DNA from: a virus
Direction: 5' to 3' (one strand)
Length of the DNA: 64,000 nt
IMG/VR virus record: IMGVR_UViG_3300025326_000023
Coordinates: 9,659 to 73,658 of that record
The notes under the pieces: model-generated
What the model was told of the DNA's origin: nothing
The model's database searches: none
Seen by the model: the letters and a program-made list of their open reading frames with translations, nothing else
Made by a program: the position numbers and the translations under genes
Part shown: one piece after another, positions 1 through 8,700 of the stretch
Layout of the letters: every line of letters begins with the position of its first letter
How positions within the stretch are numbered: position 1 is the first letter of the stretch

Positions 1-20
1 GCCGGCCAAGGCGGCGGCGG

Positions 21-132
21 AATGAGAAGAATGAGGAATGAGGAATGAGGAATGAACAATTAAGAATGAACAATGACGAACTGCATTGCTCATTGTGCAT
101 TGCTCATTGTTCATTTCTCATTCCTCATTTTT
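21..132. repeat. AT-rich heptamer (AATGAGG/AATGAAC/AATGACG) inverted-repeat element; one of ~21 dispersed copies
   Basis: Tandem AATGAgg/AATGAac units followed by their reverse complements (ctcatt/ttcatt), forming a long imperfect palindrome. Confidence 0.85.
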
Positions 133-167
133 GCCTCCTTGGGCTTTAGGCATTTGGGAGCAATCTA

Positions 168-2390
168 GTGGCCGAGAACCATCCGCTGGCGGGCCTCTGC
201 GAGACCTGGCTGGAACTGATCGTCGACGCCAAGAAGCAGCGCTGGGATCGCTGGGGCCAGTACGCCGCCGAGATGTACAAGTTCTACAACGGCGCGCACA
301 ACTTCATGTGGCGGACCGAGTACGCGCGGGCCGAGGGCGGCTTTCTGGATCAGAGCGCCGCGGTGCCGCTGCCGCGGTTCCTGATGTCCATCGGCAAGGT
401 CTCGGACGGGGTGGACCTGTTCGGGCCGGCCCTGATCCACCAGTACCCCGAGGTGCTGGTCACTCCGGTGCGGCGGCCGGTTTGCGATCCGCAGCTTTTG
501 GGGCTGGACCCGCAGGACCCGCAGGCGGCGGTCTACGCCGAGCAGATCCTGGGCGAGCAGGAGCAGGAGCGGAGGCTGACCGAGGCGGTGGCGAGCCACA
601 AGCAGTTCTACCTGAACTGGGTGCAGCGCGAGGCTGGCAAGAAGAAGCAGGCGCGGCGGGCCATCGTGGACGCCATCGTCAAGGGCATCGGCTGTTTCGT
701 CACCCAACTTTACTCGCCGCGCGGCTCGGCCATCAGCTACCCGCGCAGCCGCTACCTGTCGCCCAACCAGCTTATCAAAGACCCCGACGCCCGGCATCCG
801 GAAGAGCTGCAGTGGATGGCCATCGAATGGACCGTGCCGGCCAATCTGCTGGAGCGCAAGTTCGGGCTGGAGCCCGGCGCGTTGAAGGGCCACATGCAAT
901 CGCGCGAGGCGCAGGCCAGCGAGCAGGGGCGGCGGGACGCCAAGGGCAACCGCAAGGAATCCTACGACCTGGTGACCTACTACGAGTTGTTTTCCAAGAA
1001 CGGTTGCGGGCAGCGGCTGAAGGGCCTGCAGGACGCCAAGCGGTTGGAGCCGGGCTTGCGGGAGTGGCTAGAGCAGGTGGGCGACTTCGGCTATCTGGTG
1101 CTGGTCAAAGGCATCAAGTATCCGCTCAATCTGCACCCGAAGCTGTTGGCCGAAAGCGATCCCGAGGCGGTGTTCCAGGCGGCCCAGTGGCCGATTCCGT
1201 TCTGGCGGGACGAGGGGTCCAGCAACGACTGGCCGGTCAGCGAGTTGACGTTCAAGGAGGATCCCGAGGACGTCTGGGGGATCAGCATTTTCAAGCCGGC
1301 GCTGGGGTTCATCCGGTTCTGCAACTGGTGCCTGAGCTTCCTGGCCGACAAAGTGGCGGCCAACGCCTGCGACTACATCGGCGTGATGAAAGCGGCGGCG
1401 GACGACATCCAGGAGCAATTGGCGCAGCAGCAGGGGCCGCTCCGGCTGATCAAAATTGACTCGCAGTTCGGGCAGAAGATCAGCGACCTGGTGACGCTGA
1501 TCGGCAAGCCGGGCTTCGACACGGCGATCTGGACGATGGTCCAGGAGTCGTTCGAGCAGATCGACAAGACCACGGGCCTGTCGGATCTGTTGTACGGCCA
1601 GACCGCCCGCCAGATGCGGTCGGGCACGGAGGCGGGGATTCTGGGGGAGAACTCGCAGATCCGGCCCAGCGACATGGCGCAGAAGGCGGACGATTGGTAC
1701 GCCGAGGCGGCGGCCAAGGAGATGCAGGCGGCGATCTGGCTGCTGGAGCGGCAGGACCTGGAGCCGGTGCTGGGCCGCTACGGTGCGGAGTTCTGGGAGC
1801 GGCACATCGCCACCGAAGATTTCGACGCGGTGGTGCGGGACTACAAGTACACGCTGGCCGCCGGTTCGGCCCGCAAGCCCAACCGGGCGCAGAAGCTGCG
1901 GGGCTTGACGGACCTGGGCCAGTTCATCATCCCCGCCTTGCAGGCGTATGCAATGGGCGGGCAGGTCGAGCCCTGGAACAACTTCGCCAGCGCCATGGCC
2001 GACGCGCTGGAGGTTCCGGGCGAGGGCTTCCTGCTGCAAGGCCCGCCGGCGCCGGCGGGCGGCCAGGGCGGGGCCGAAGCGGCGGCGGCCGATCAGGCGG
2101 AGTCGGCGGCGGCGGCGGCCAAGGCCGAGTTGGATCAGGCGGCGGAGCTGCAGAAACTGGAAGCCCGCCAGAAGGAGACGGAGCAGAAGATCGCCAGCGC
2201 TCAGGTGCAGATGGAACTGGAGGCGGCCAAGACCAAACAGAAGCTGGCCCAGGACGAAGAGAAACATCCGGCCGGGCTGAGCCAGCAGTACGAGAAGTAC
2301 CGGGCCGAGATGGTCCGGGCCATGCTGGACCTGGAAGCCACCCGGCGCAAAATGGACGCCATCAAAAAGCGAGAACAAGGTGCCCCATGA
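168..2390 (+). CDS. Putative phage portal protein
   Basis: 740-aa ORF, GTG start, size and helical character typical of portals, Q/A/E-rich coiled-coil C-terminus, upstream of head-tail-like genes; no diagnostic motif. Confidence 0.6.
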   Translation: MAENHPLAGLCETWLELIVDAKKQRWDRWGQYAAEMYKFYNGAHNFMWRTEYARAEGGFLDQSAAVPLPRFLMSIGKVSDGVDLFGPALIHQYPEVLVTPVRRPVCDPQLLGLDPQDPQAAVYAEQILGEQEQERRLTEAVASHKQFYLNWVQREAGKKKQARRAIVDAIVKGIGCFVTQLYSPRGSAISYPRSRYLSPNQLIKDPDARHPEELQWMAIEWTVPANLLERKFGLEPGALKGHMQSREAQASEQGRRDAKGNRKESYDLVTYYELFSKNGCGQRLKGLQDAKRLEPGLREWLEQVGDFGYLVLVKGIKYPLNLHPKLLAESDPEAVFQAAQWPIPFWRDEGSSNDWPVSELTFKEDPEDVWGISIFKPALGFIRFCNWCLSFLADKVAANACDYIGVMKAAADDIQEQLAQQQGPLRLIKIDSQFGQKISDLVTLIGKPGFDTAIWTMVQESFEQIDKTTGLSDLLYGQTARQMRSGTEAGILGENSQIRPSDMAQKADDWYAEAAAKEMQAAIWLLERQDLEPVLGRYGAEFWERHIATEDFDAVVRDYKYTLAAGSARKPNRAQKLRGLTDLGQFIIPALQAYAMGGQVEPWNNFASAMADALEVPGEGFLLQGPPAPAGGQGGAEAAAADQAESAAAAAKAELDQAAELQKLEARQKETEQKIASAQVQMELEAAKTKQKLAQDEEKHPAGLSQQYEKYRAEMVRAMLDLEATRRKMDAIKKREQGAP

Positions 2391-3034
2391 GCGGCAGGCT
2401 GGATCAGGACGTGCAATTGGCGGAGCAGTTCTGGCTGTCCTGCGACGTGGAGCAGGTGCGGGCTCGGTACGAGCACGAGGTGGACCTGGAGTTGCAGGAG
2501 GACTGGGTGAAGCTGGGCTGCTACTTGGCGTACCGGGAGCAGGGCGTGGCGCCGCGCTGGGCGGCCATGTCCGCCTGCCGGCGGGCGGCCCGGATGGGCG
2601 GCAGCGACCAGCGGTTCAACGCCATCGAACGGCGCAAGATGGAGAACATGAACCCGCGGCTGCGGGATCGGATCCAGGCGCTGGCGCAGGGTGCGGGGAT
2701 CCAGACGCAGGGCAAGTTCTACCTGGGCGGGCTGGGGCGCTACACCGATCCGCAGGCCTGGGTCAGCACGGTGGACGAGGCGCGGGCGACGGTGGTGCGG
2801 AAGGGTCTGCCGTGTGAGGGCCTGGTGAACTATCAGCCGCCGGAGCGTCCGCTGCCGGAGCCGCCGGCGATGGCGGAGGACATCCGGGATCGCTTGGTGG
2901 AGAAGAAGCTGCAAGAAGATCCCGCTTTGCGCGAGCGCGTGCGGAAGCGGCCGGGAAAGTTGCGCGAGCTTCAGGAAGCCGTTGTTGCTCGGCATGGTCG
3001 TCAACCCAAGCGTAGCGGATATAAGGGCCGCTGA
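2387..3034 (+). CDS. Hypothetical phage protein (MSGRLDQDVQ..., ~215 aa)
   Basis: ATGA overlap with the portal stop; protein-like composition in this frame. Confidence 0.7.
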   Translation: MSGRLDQDVQLAEQFWLSCDVEQVRARYEHEVDLELQEDWVKLGCYLAYREQGVAPRWAAMSACRRAARMGGSDQRFNAIERRKMENMNPRLRDRIQALAQGAGIQTQGKFYLGGLGRYTDPQAWVSTVDEARATVVRKGLPCEGLVNYQPPERPLPEPPAMAEDIRDRLVEKKLQEDPALRERVRKRPGKLRELQEAVVARHGRQPKRSGYKGR

Positions 3035-3854
3035 GGTCGCGGATCAGGAAGGGGGCAATGTAGGCGGAGCGGAGCAGTCGGGAGACGTACTGATGGGACA
3101 GCAGCAGGGCGTTGGCGATCTCCGGCATGGTGTAGGGCCGCTCGCGCAGCAGCAGCCGCAGCCGCCGCCGCTGGTGCCGGCGGTCGGGCGGAGAGTGGTC
3201 CAGTTGGTGATGCGGCAGCTCGCAGGGCCGGCAGAGCGGCCAGCCGGCCAGATAGCCGCGGTGCAAGTGGCTCAGCGACTCGGAGCCGCGGCGCCTGAGC
3301 AGCCGGGCGATGGCCTGGTAGGTCAGGCGGTGGCGGCGGAAGGCATTGACCACCGCGCCCAGGGTGCGGGCGATGCCGCTGGGGATCAGTTCCCCGTCTC
3401 GCACGCGCCAGCCCGCCGGGACTTGGCCTGGCAGGTAGCTGTTGCGGGGCCGGTACTGAACCTGCCGATCGGACGCGCGGACCTGGGCGATGGCCCGGTG
3501 CAGTTCCGCCCGGCCGGCGTCGCTGGCCAAATCGAAGCGGTTTTCCACGAACTCCAGGGTCACGCCGCGGGCTTTGAGACGCGGCAGGCTATCGCGGCAA
3601 TCGGCGTGGCCGCGGAAGACCAGTTCCGGGGCCGCCGCCACGATCACATCGCCGGGCCGCAGCCGCAGCCAGAGCGATTGGCCTTCCAGGCGTTCCAGCC
3701 AAGGCGAGTTGCGCGCCTGCATCCGGTCGCAGCACCAGGGCGGCGACCAGTCGCCGGTGCGGTTGCCCACCCAGGCCCGGCAGGCGTTGCGCTGCTGACC
3801 TTCGGTCGACCAGGCGGCGTCGCAGCCGTAGGTCCAGTGCACGATGTCCGACAT
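2763..3854 (-). CDS. Degenerate serine recombinase/resolvase-like protein with C-terminal HTH
   Basis: LRPGDVIV...FR...L..RGV.L.F....FDL.S.AGR resembles the resolvase catalytic domain; GQVPAGWRV resembles the G..PYGY linker; YTMPEIANALLLSHQYVSRLL is HTH-like; canonical YARVS and LDRL motifs are missing; 3' end overlaps the + strand gene. Confidence 0.55.
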   Translation of the reverse strand: MSDIVHWTYGCDAAWSTEGQQRNACRAWVGNRTGDWSPPWCCDRMQARNSPWLERLEGQSLWLRLRPGDVIVAAAPELVFRGHADCRDSLPRLKARGVTLEFVENRFDLASDAGRAELHRAIAQVRASDRQVQYRPRNSYLPGQVPAGWRVRDGELIPSGIARTLGAVVNAFRRHRLTYQAIARLLRRRGSESLSHLHRGYLAGWPLCRPCELPHHQLDHSPPDRRHQRRRLRLLLRERPYTMPEIANALLLSHQYVSRLLRSAYIAPFLIRDLSGPYIRYAWVDDHAEQQRLPEARATFPAASARARAKRDLLAASSPPSDPGCPPPSPAAPAADAPAADSSPGPHTADPSAPPSPAPRPPC

Positions 3855-3874
3855 GGTTTTTCCAGGAGGGGCTG

Positions 3875-5086
3875 ATGGCCGACTATCAAAACAGCGTCCC
3901 GGCATACGACCGGACCCTCAGTATATTCACCTTCCAGGATGCGGTCGAGCGGCTGCTGGATTTGTACGGGCTGAAGCGCACGGACGTCGGCAGCTTGCGG
4001 CGGGTGCGCGAGGCGGTGCTGTCCGCCTACCGGGAACTGGGCAATCGCCGGCACTGGTCCTGCTACTGTCGGCGGATGATCCTGAAGAGTGTGGCCGCGC
4101 ACACCACGGGCACGGTCTCCTACGACCATACGGGCGGGTCGTCGGAGCGGTTGCTGACCTTCAGTTCGGCTCTGCCGTCCTGGGCGCGCTGGGGCAAGAT
4201 TCAGCTTTCGAGCGTGGACTACGAGATCGCCTCGGCGCCCAGCAGCCTCACGGCCACGCTCAAGCAGCACAGCAATCCAGGCGCCGACGTGGCCTCCACC
4301 ACGTTCACCCTGTTCCGCTCGCTCTACACCCTGCCCAACGAACTGCAGGAGGTGGTCCAGATCCTGGACGTGAGCGATCAGACCACGGTCCGGCCGGTGC
4401 CGTTCCGGCAACTCCAGTGGGATGCGGTGGTCTCCTACGGGGCGCCGGACGTGCCCTACTGGTGCGTGGTGCGGAGCGACCCCGGCCGCTACGGGCACAA
4501 GGCCCTGGAGTTCAGTCCGGGGACGGAGGAGGCGCGCAGCTACGACATCGCCTACCTGGCCCAGGCCCGCCCGTTGCAGATCGAGAAGTACAGCGCGGGC
4601 ACGGTCAGCCTGACGGCTGGGGGCACCACGGTGACGCTCTCCGGGGGCACCTTCCCGGAAGACTGCGTGGGGGCGGTGATCCGGTTCAGCGCGGACGGGC
4701 TGGAGGAGCCGACCGGCGTGGCGGGCACGGCCGACGACATCGACAACCGCTACAGCCAGGCGCGGGTCATCCAGTCGCGGACCAGCGGCACGGCGGTCAC
4801 CATCGACCAGTCGATTTCCAGCGCGGCCGTGAGCGCCGTGCGGTACACGATCAGCGATCCGCTGGACATCGACTACCAGGTGATGCTCAACGCCCTGCAC
4901 GCGCTGGCCGAGGCGGAGATGGCCAAGCGGGTCCGCAACAAGAAGGAAGACGAGAGCGGGCGCTACCGCCGGGACGCGGACCGCGAAGTGCGGCGGGCCC
5001 AGGAAGCCGACACCAAGCTGCTGCAGGGCACCTCGCAGTGGTGGGTGGATCTGAACCGGCGCGACCCGGATTGGACGGAGGCGTAG
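3875..5086 (+). CDS. Putative head-tail adaptor/neck structural protein
   Basis: 403 aa, AGGAGG RBS, helical termini with beta-rich T/S insertions, downstream of the portal-like gene. Confidence 0.55.
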   Translation: MADYQNSVPAYDRTLSIFTFQDAVERLLDLYGLKRTDVGSLRRVREAVLSAYRELGNRRHWSCYCRRMILKSVAAHTTGTVSYDHTGGSSERLLTFSSALPSWARWGKIQLSSVDYEIASAPSSLTATLKQHSNPGADVASTTFTLFRSLYTLPNELQEVVQILDVSDQTTVRPVPFRQLQWDAVVSYGAPDVPYWCVVRSDPGRYGHKALEFSPGTEEARSYDIAYLAQARPLQIEKYSAGTVSLTAGGTTVTLSGGTFPEDCVGAVIRFSADGLEEPTGVAGTADDIDNRYSQARVIQSRTSGTAVTIDQSISSAAVSAVRYTISDPLDIDYQVMLNALHALAEAEMAKRVRNKKEDESGRYRRDADREVRRAQEADTKLLQGTSQWWVDLNRRDPDWTEA

Positions 5087-5125
5087 GCCGGAGGCCGGAG
5101 GTCGGAGGTCAGAGGCCGGAGGGCG
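5087..5125 (+). repeat. Short tandem heptamer repeat (GGAGGCC/GGAGGTC/AGAGGCC)
   Basis: gccggaggccggaggtcggaggtcagaggccggagg directly after a stop codon. Confidence 0.7.
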
Positions 5126-5137
5126 GGGAGTAGCGAG

Positions 5138-5578
5138 ATGGCGTCGGACAATTCGGTTTACAAGAAGTTCCTCAACGCGGTAGAGGACGACTTGAGCGAG
5201 TTGGACTTAGGCTACCCGGTCGTCCAGGCGCAACTGCCGGACGACGGGGAATTCCAGCACCAGGGGCTGGTGCTATCCTGGGACGACGAGAAGGCGGAGG
5301 GCGGCACCAACGAGCGGGACGACATCGCCTACCCGGCGGTGTTGAGTTTGGTGAAGGGCAGCGTGCGGGACTGGGAGGGCGAGATGGACGAGATCGCCTA
5401 CGTGCGGGAGCGGGTGCGGCGGAAGTTCCACAACAAACGGGTCACGCTCTCCGATTCGCTGGCCATCCCGATGGGCTGCAAAGTGCGGTACGGGCCGATC
5501 GGGCTGGCGGAGAAATGGGTCGACAACTGGAACGATTCCCGGCTGGTGATTTGGGGATACTTTCGGGAGAGTAGGTAG
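5138..5578 (+). CDS. Putative tail-terminator/head-tail joining protein
   Basis: 146 aa, acidic; size and position typical. Confidence 0.45.
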   Translation: MASDNSVYKKFLNAVEDDLSELDLGYPVVQAQLPDDGEFQHQGLVLSWDDEKAEGGTNERDDIAYPAVLSLVKGSVRDWEGEMDEIAYVRERVRRKFHNKRVTLSDSLAIPMGCKVRYGPIGLAEKWVDNWNDSRLVIWGYFRESR

Positions 5579-5579
5579 C

Positions 5580-5680
5580 AATGAGAAATGAAGAATGAAG
5601 AATGAGCAATGAGCAATGAGAAATGCAGTTCGTCATTGTTCATTTTTAATTGTTCGTTTCTCATTCTTCATTTCTTCGTC
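5580..5680. repeat. Heptamer inverted-repeat element
   Basis: aatgagaaatgaagaatgaagaatgagc...gttcgtcattgttcatt...ctcattcttcatt; shares the ctgca/gcagttcgtcatt core with 21-132 in inverted orientation. Confidence 0.85.
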
Positions 5681-5719
5681 AGCGGGCTTTAGACATTTCC
5701 CCTTCCGAGGGCTTTGGTT

Positions 5720-8700
5720 ATGGCGATGGACGTGCTGGACCAATTGCTGAAGCGGCGGATGGCGCTGCAGTTGCCGCGGCTGGCGGGGGCGTCGGCGTTG
5801 GGGCTGGAGCCGCTTCCTGGTTTGGACGAGCAGGAAGACGAGCCGCCCTTGAGCGCCGAAGAGGAAGAGGGCCTGGCCCGCAAGCTGGCTCGGCGCGGGA
5901 TCGGCGGGCTGTCCTGGGTCGGCGAGACCCTGGGCAAGCCGGGCGCGGCGGTCACGGGCACGTTGTCGGGGATCACCGATTTGTTGCAGGGCCGCACGCC
6001 GCGCTGGGGTGGGGGCCTGTTGAACCTGCTGCCGCTGACGGACACCTTCAAGTTCACCGATCCCGATCAGCGCGTGTACAGTCGCGACTTGCTGGAGAAG
6101 TGGGGGGCGCTCAAGCCCAACAAGCCCGGCCTGGACGTGGGCGACGTGCTGGGGTTCGGCCTGGACTTGGCCCTGGACCCGTTGACGTATGCCACGTTCG
6201 GCGCTTCGGCGCTGGGCAAGGCGGGGCAGGTGGCCAAGGCGGCGGGCGTGCTGGACGACGCCATGCGGGCGGCGGCGCGAGGGGTATCCGTCAACCGGCC
6301 TGTCGTGCAGCGGATGCTCAAGGGCGCGCAGGCGCCGGCGGGATGGCTGGGCAAGGCCAAGCTGGGCAAGCGCCAGTTCCGCATGAACGCCACCCTGGAC
6401 GACGTGCTGGAGCACTACCGCACGTTGGGTCCGGCGGCTGAGGCGGAGGCCGTGAAGAAACTGCAGACGGCGGCGCAGGCGGCAGGGACCACGCTGGACG
6501 AATTGCGCGAGGCCCGGCTGGGCGGCCTGATGGGCTTCGGCCTGCCGCCGCTGCCGGGGCTGGGTGGCCGCGGGCCGCTATTCACGACGAACCTGGGGGC
6601 GGCGGGCGAGAAGTACGCCAAGGGGGCGGATTTCGTAGGCCAGGCGATGAAGGCTTCGGGCTTGGGCCGCTGGACGCGGCGCGCCTTCCAGGCCAGCGTG
6701 CGGGGCCGGGCCACGGAGTTGGGGCAGGACTCCGCCCAGCACGCCGCACCGCTCTACGAAGCCACGCTGGCCCGCCACCAGCCGCGCTTGCTGCAAGCGG
6801 CCGACGTGCTGGACGCCGACGACGTGTTGCGCAAGCGCGGGCGCGAGCAGCGGATGATCGCCGAAGGCGTGCCCAACGCGCCGCCGCCGGTCAGCCCCAA
6901 CGAACAGCAGGCGGTCGAGTTGGTGCGGGACCTGAGCCCGCGGGTGCTGCAGGAGCAGCGGGACGCCGGCTGGGCGATCGACGCCCTGGAAGACCCCTTC
7001 GCCAAGTACCACTCGCACCGCGGGCTGGGCAGCGACGCCACCAAGTCCGTGGACTTGTCGCCCTCGGGCGGGATCGAGACCGGCCCGGCGATCCGACGCG
7101 AGATGATGCTGCGCGGCCATAAGGGCGGCACCACGGGGATTGACGACACGTTCCGGGACCCGAAGTTCGAGCAGATCGCCCAGGACCCGAATTTCCCCAC
7201 GGAGATTGAGAAGATCAAAGAGGCGGAGGACTACCTGCGCAACAGCGCGCACACGCCGAACATCCAGGACTGGATGCCCAAGGTGGACGATGACGGCTGG
7301 ATGCTGTACGACCGGGCGGTGCTCCAGAACGGCCAGGTGGTCATGACTCCTCGCGGGAACGTCAAGGTGCGCAAGGGCGATCCGGTGCGGCTGCGGATGG
7401 GCCGGGCCAAGTCGCTGCTGCAGCAGCAGGTGGCCGGCACCAACAACCCGGTGCCCAGCATTTTCGAGCCGCACCAGATCAGCCGCACGGTCAGCCGCCG
7501 GGGCCAACAGGTGGCGGAAGTGCTGGTGCCGCGGCACGGCTCCCGGCTTCGGCAATACGCCGAGGCGATCATCCGCAGCCAGGAGTATCGCCAGACCGGG
7601 ATGTTCACGAACAACTTCGTCACGGACGCCAGCAACATGGTCAACTGGCACGCGGGGCGGCTGGAGCGGGCGGAGTTCACCGCGGACCTGCTCGGCCGCT
7701 CGCTGCCCAACGCCCCGGACGGCGTGACGGTGATGAGCGGCGGCATCCGCAAGGGCAAGGCGCTGGGGGAGGCCGAGAACCTGCAGGTGGAGAAGGTGCT
7801 GGAAAGCCAGGGGTTTGATTTCCCGACCATTGGCAAGCGGATCATCGAGCGGCGGGCGGCCAATGGGTTGATCGCCAAGCCCGTCACGCCGGACGAGTGG
7901 GCCAAGGCCCTCCGCGATCTGCGCCAGGAGTACATCTCGCCGGACTACTACCGCGAGTTGGTGCCACAGAAAGCGGTGACGCCGGAGGGCGGGGTGCTGG
8001 AAAAAGCTGGCAACGTGGCGCGCAGCAACCTGGCCTTGTTCAAGGCTGGCGTCTTGACCTGGCCGGCCCGCTACGCCCGCGACATCATGAGCGGCATCGA
8101 GCGGCTGACCGAGCGGGGCATGGCCGGGCCGGGGGATCTGTGGAATGCCCGGAAACTGTTCCAGGGCCAGAGCGTGCGGGGGGGGCTGGAGCAGATCCCG
8201 GCCGTCCAGGACATTTTGCGGGACGTGCTGAAGGTGCCCAACCCGGCTCGCGCCACGCCGGAGGAAACCAGCCGGGCGATGCGGCTCCTGTACAGCACCT
8301 ACCATTCACCCGTGCACCGCATCGAAAGCGAATTGACCGGCGTGCCGCGCCTGGAAGGCGGGCTGGAGCAGGTCACCCAGGGCCTGGTGGGGCGGCAGGA
8401 GCGGGGCCTATTGGGCGGGATCGGCAACCTGCTGGCCACCGGCGTGGGGGCGCGGCGCGAACCGGGCCTGTCCTGGCTGCAGTCCCTGAAGCCCTGGCGG
8501 GTGCGCGGCTGGCACGAAGGCTGGACCGGCAAGCCGCTGCAGAACCCGGAGTTCGCGCTGGCCGCGGCCGGCGACATCGCGGGCCAGGCTACCGACAACA
8601 TCCCACGCATGGCCGGCTTCATCAATCTGCTGAAGAAGGGCGTCGATCCGCAGGAGGCGATGCGGCAAGTCAATTTGTCGCTGGTCAGCTACAACCCGCG

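Noticed and set aside
21-132. Heptamer repeat elements as CRISPR arrays
   Set aside because: No constant-length repeats separated by unique spacers
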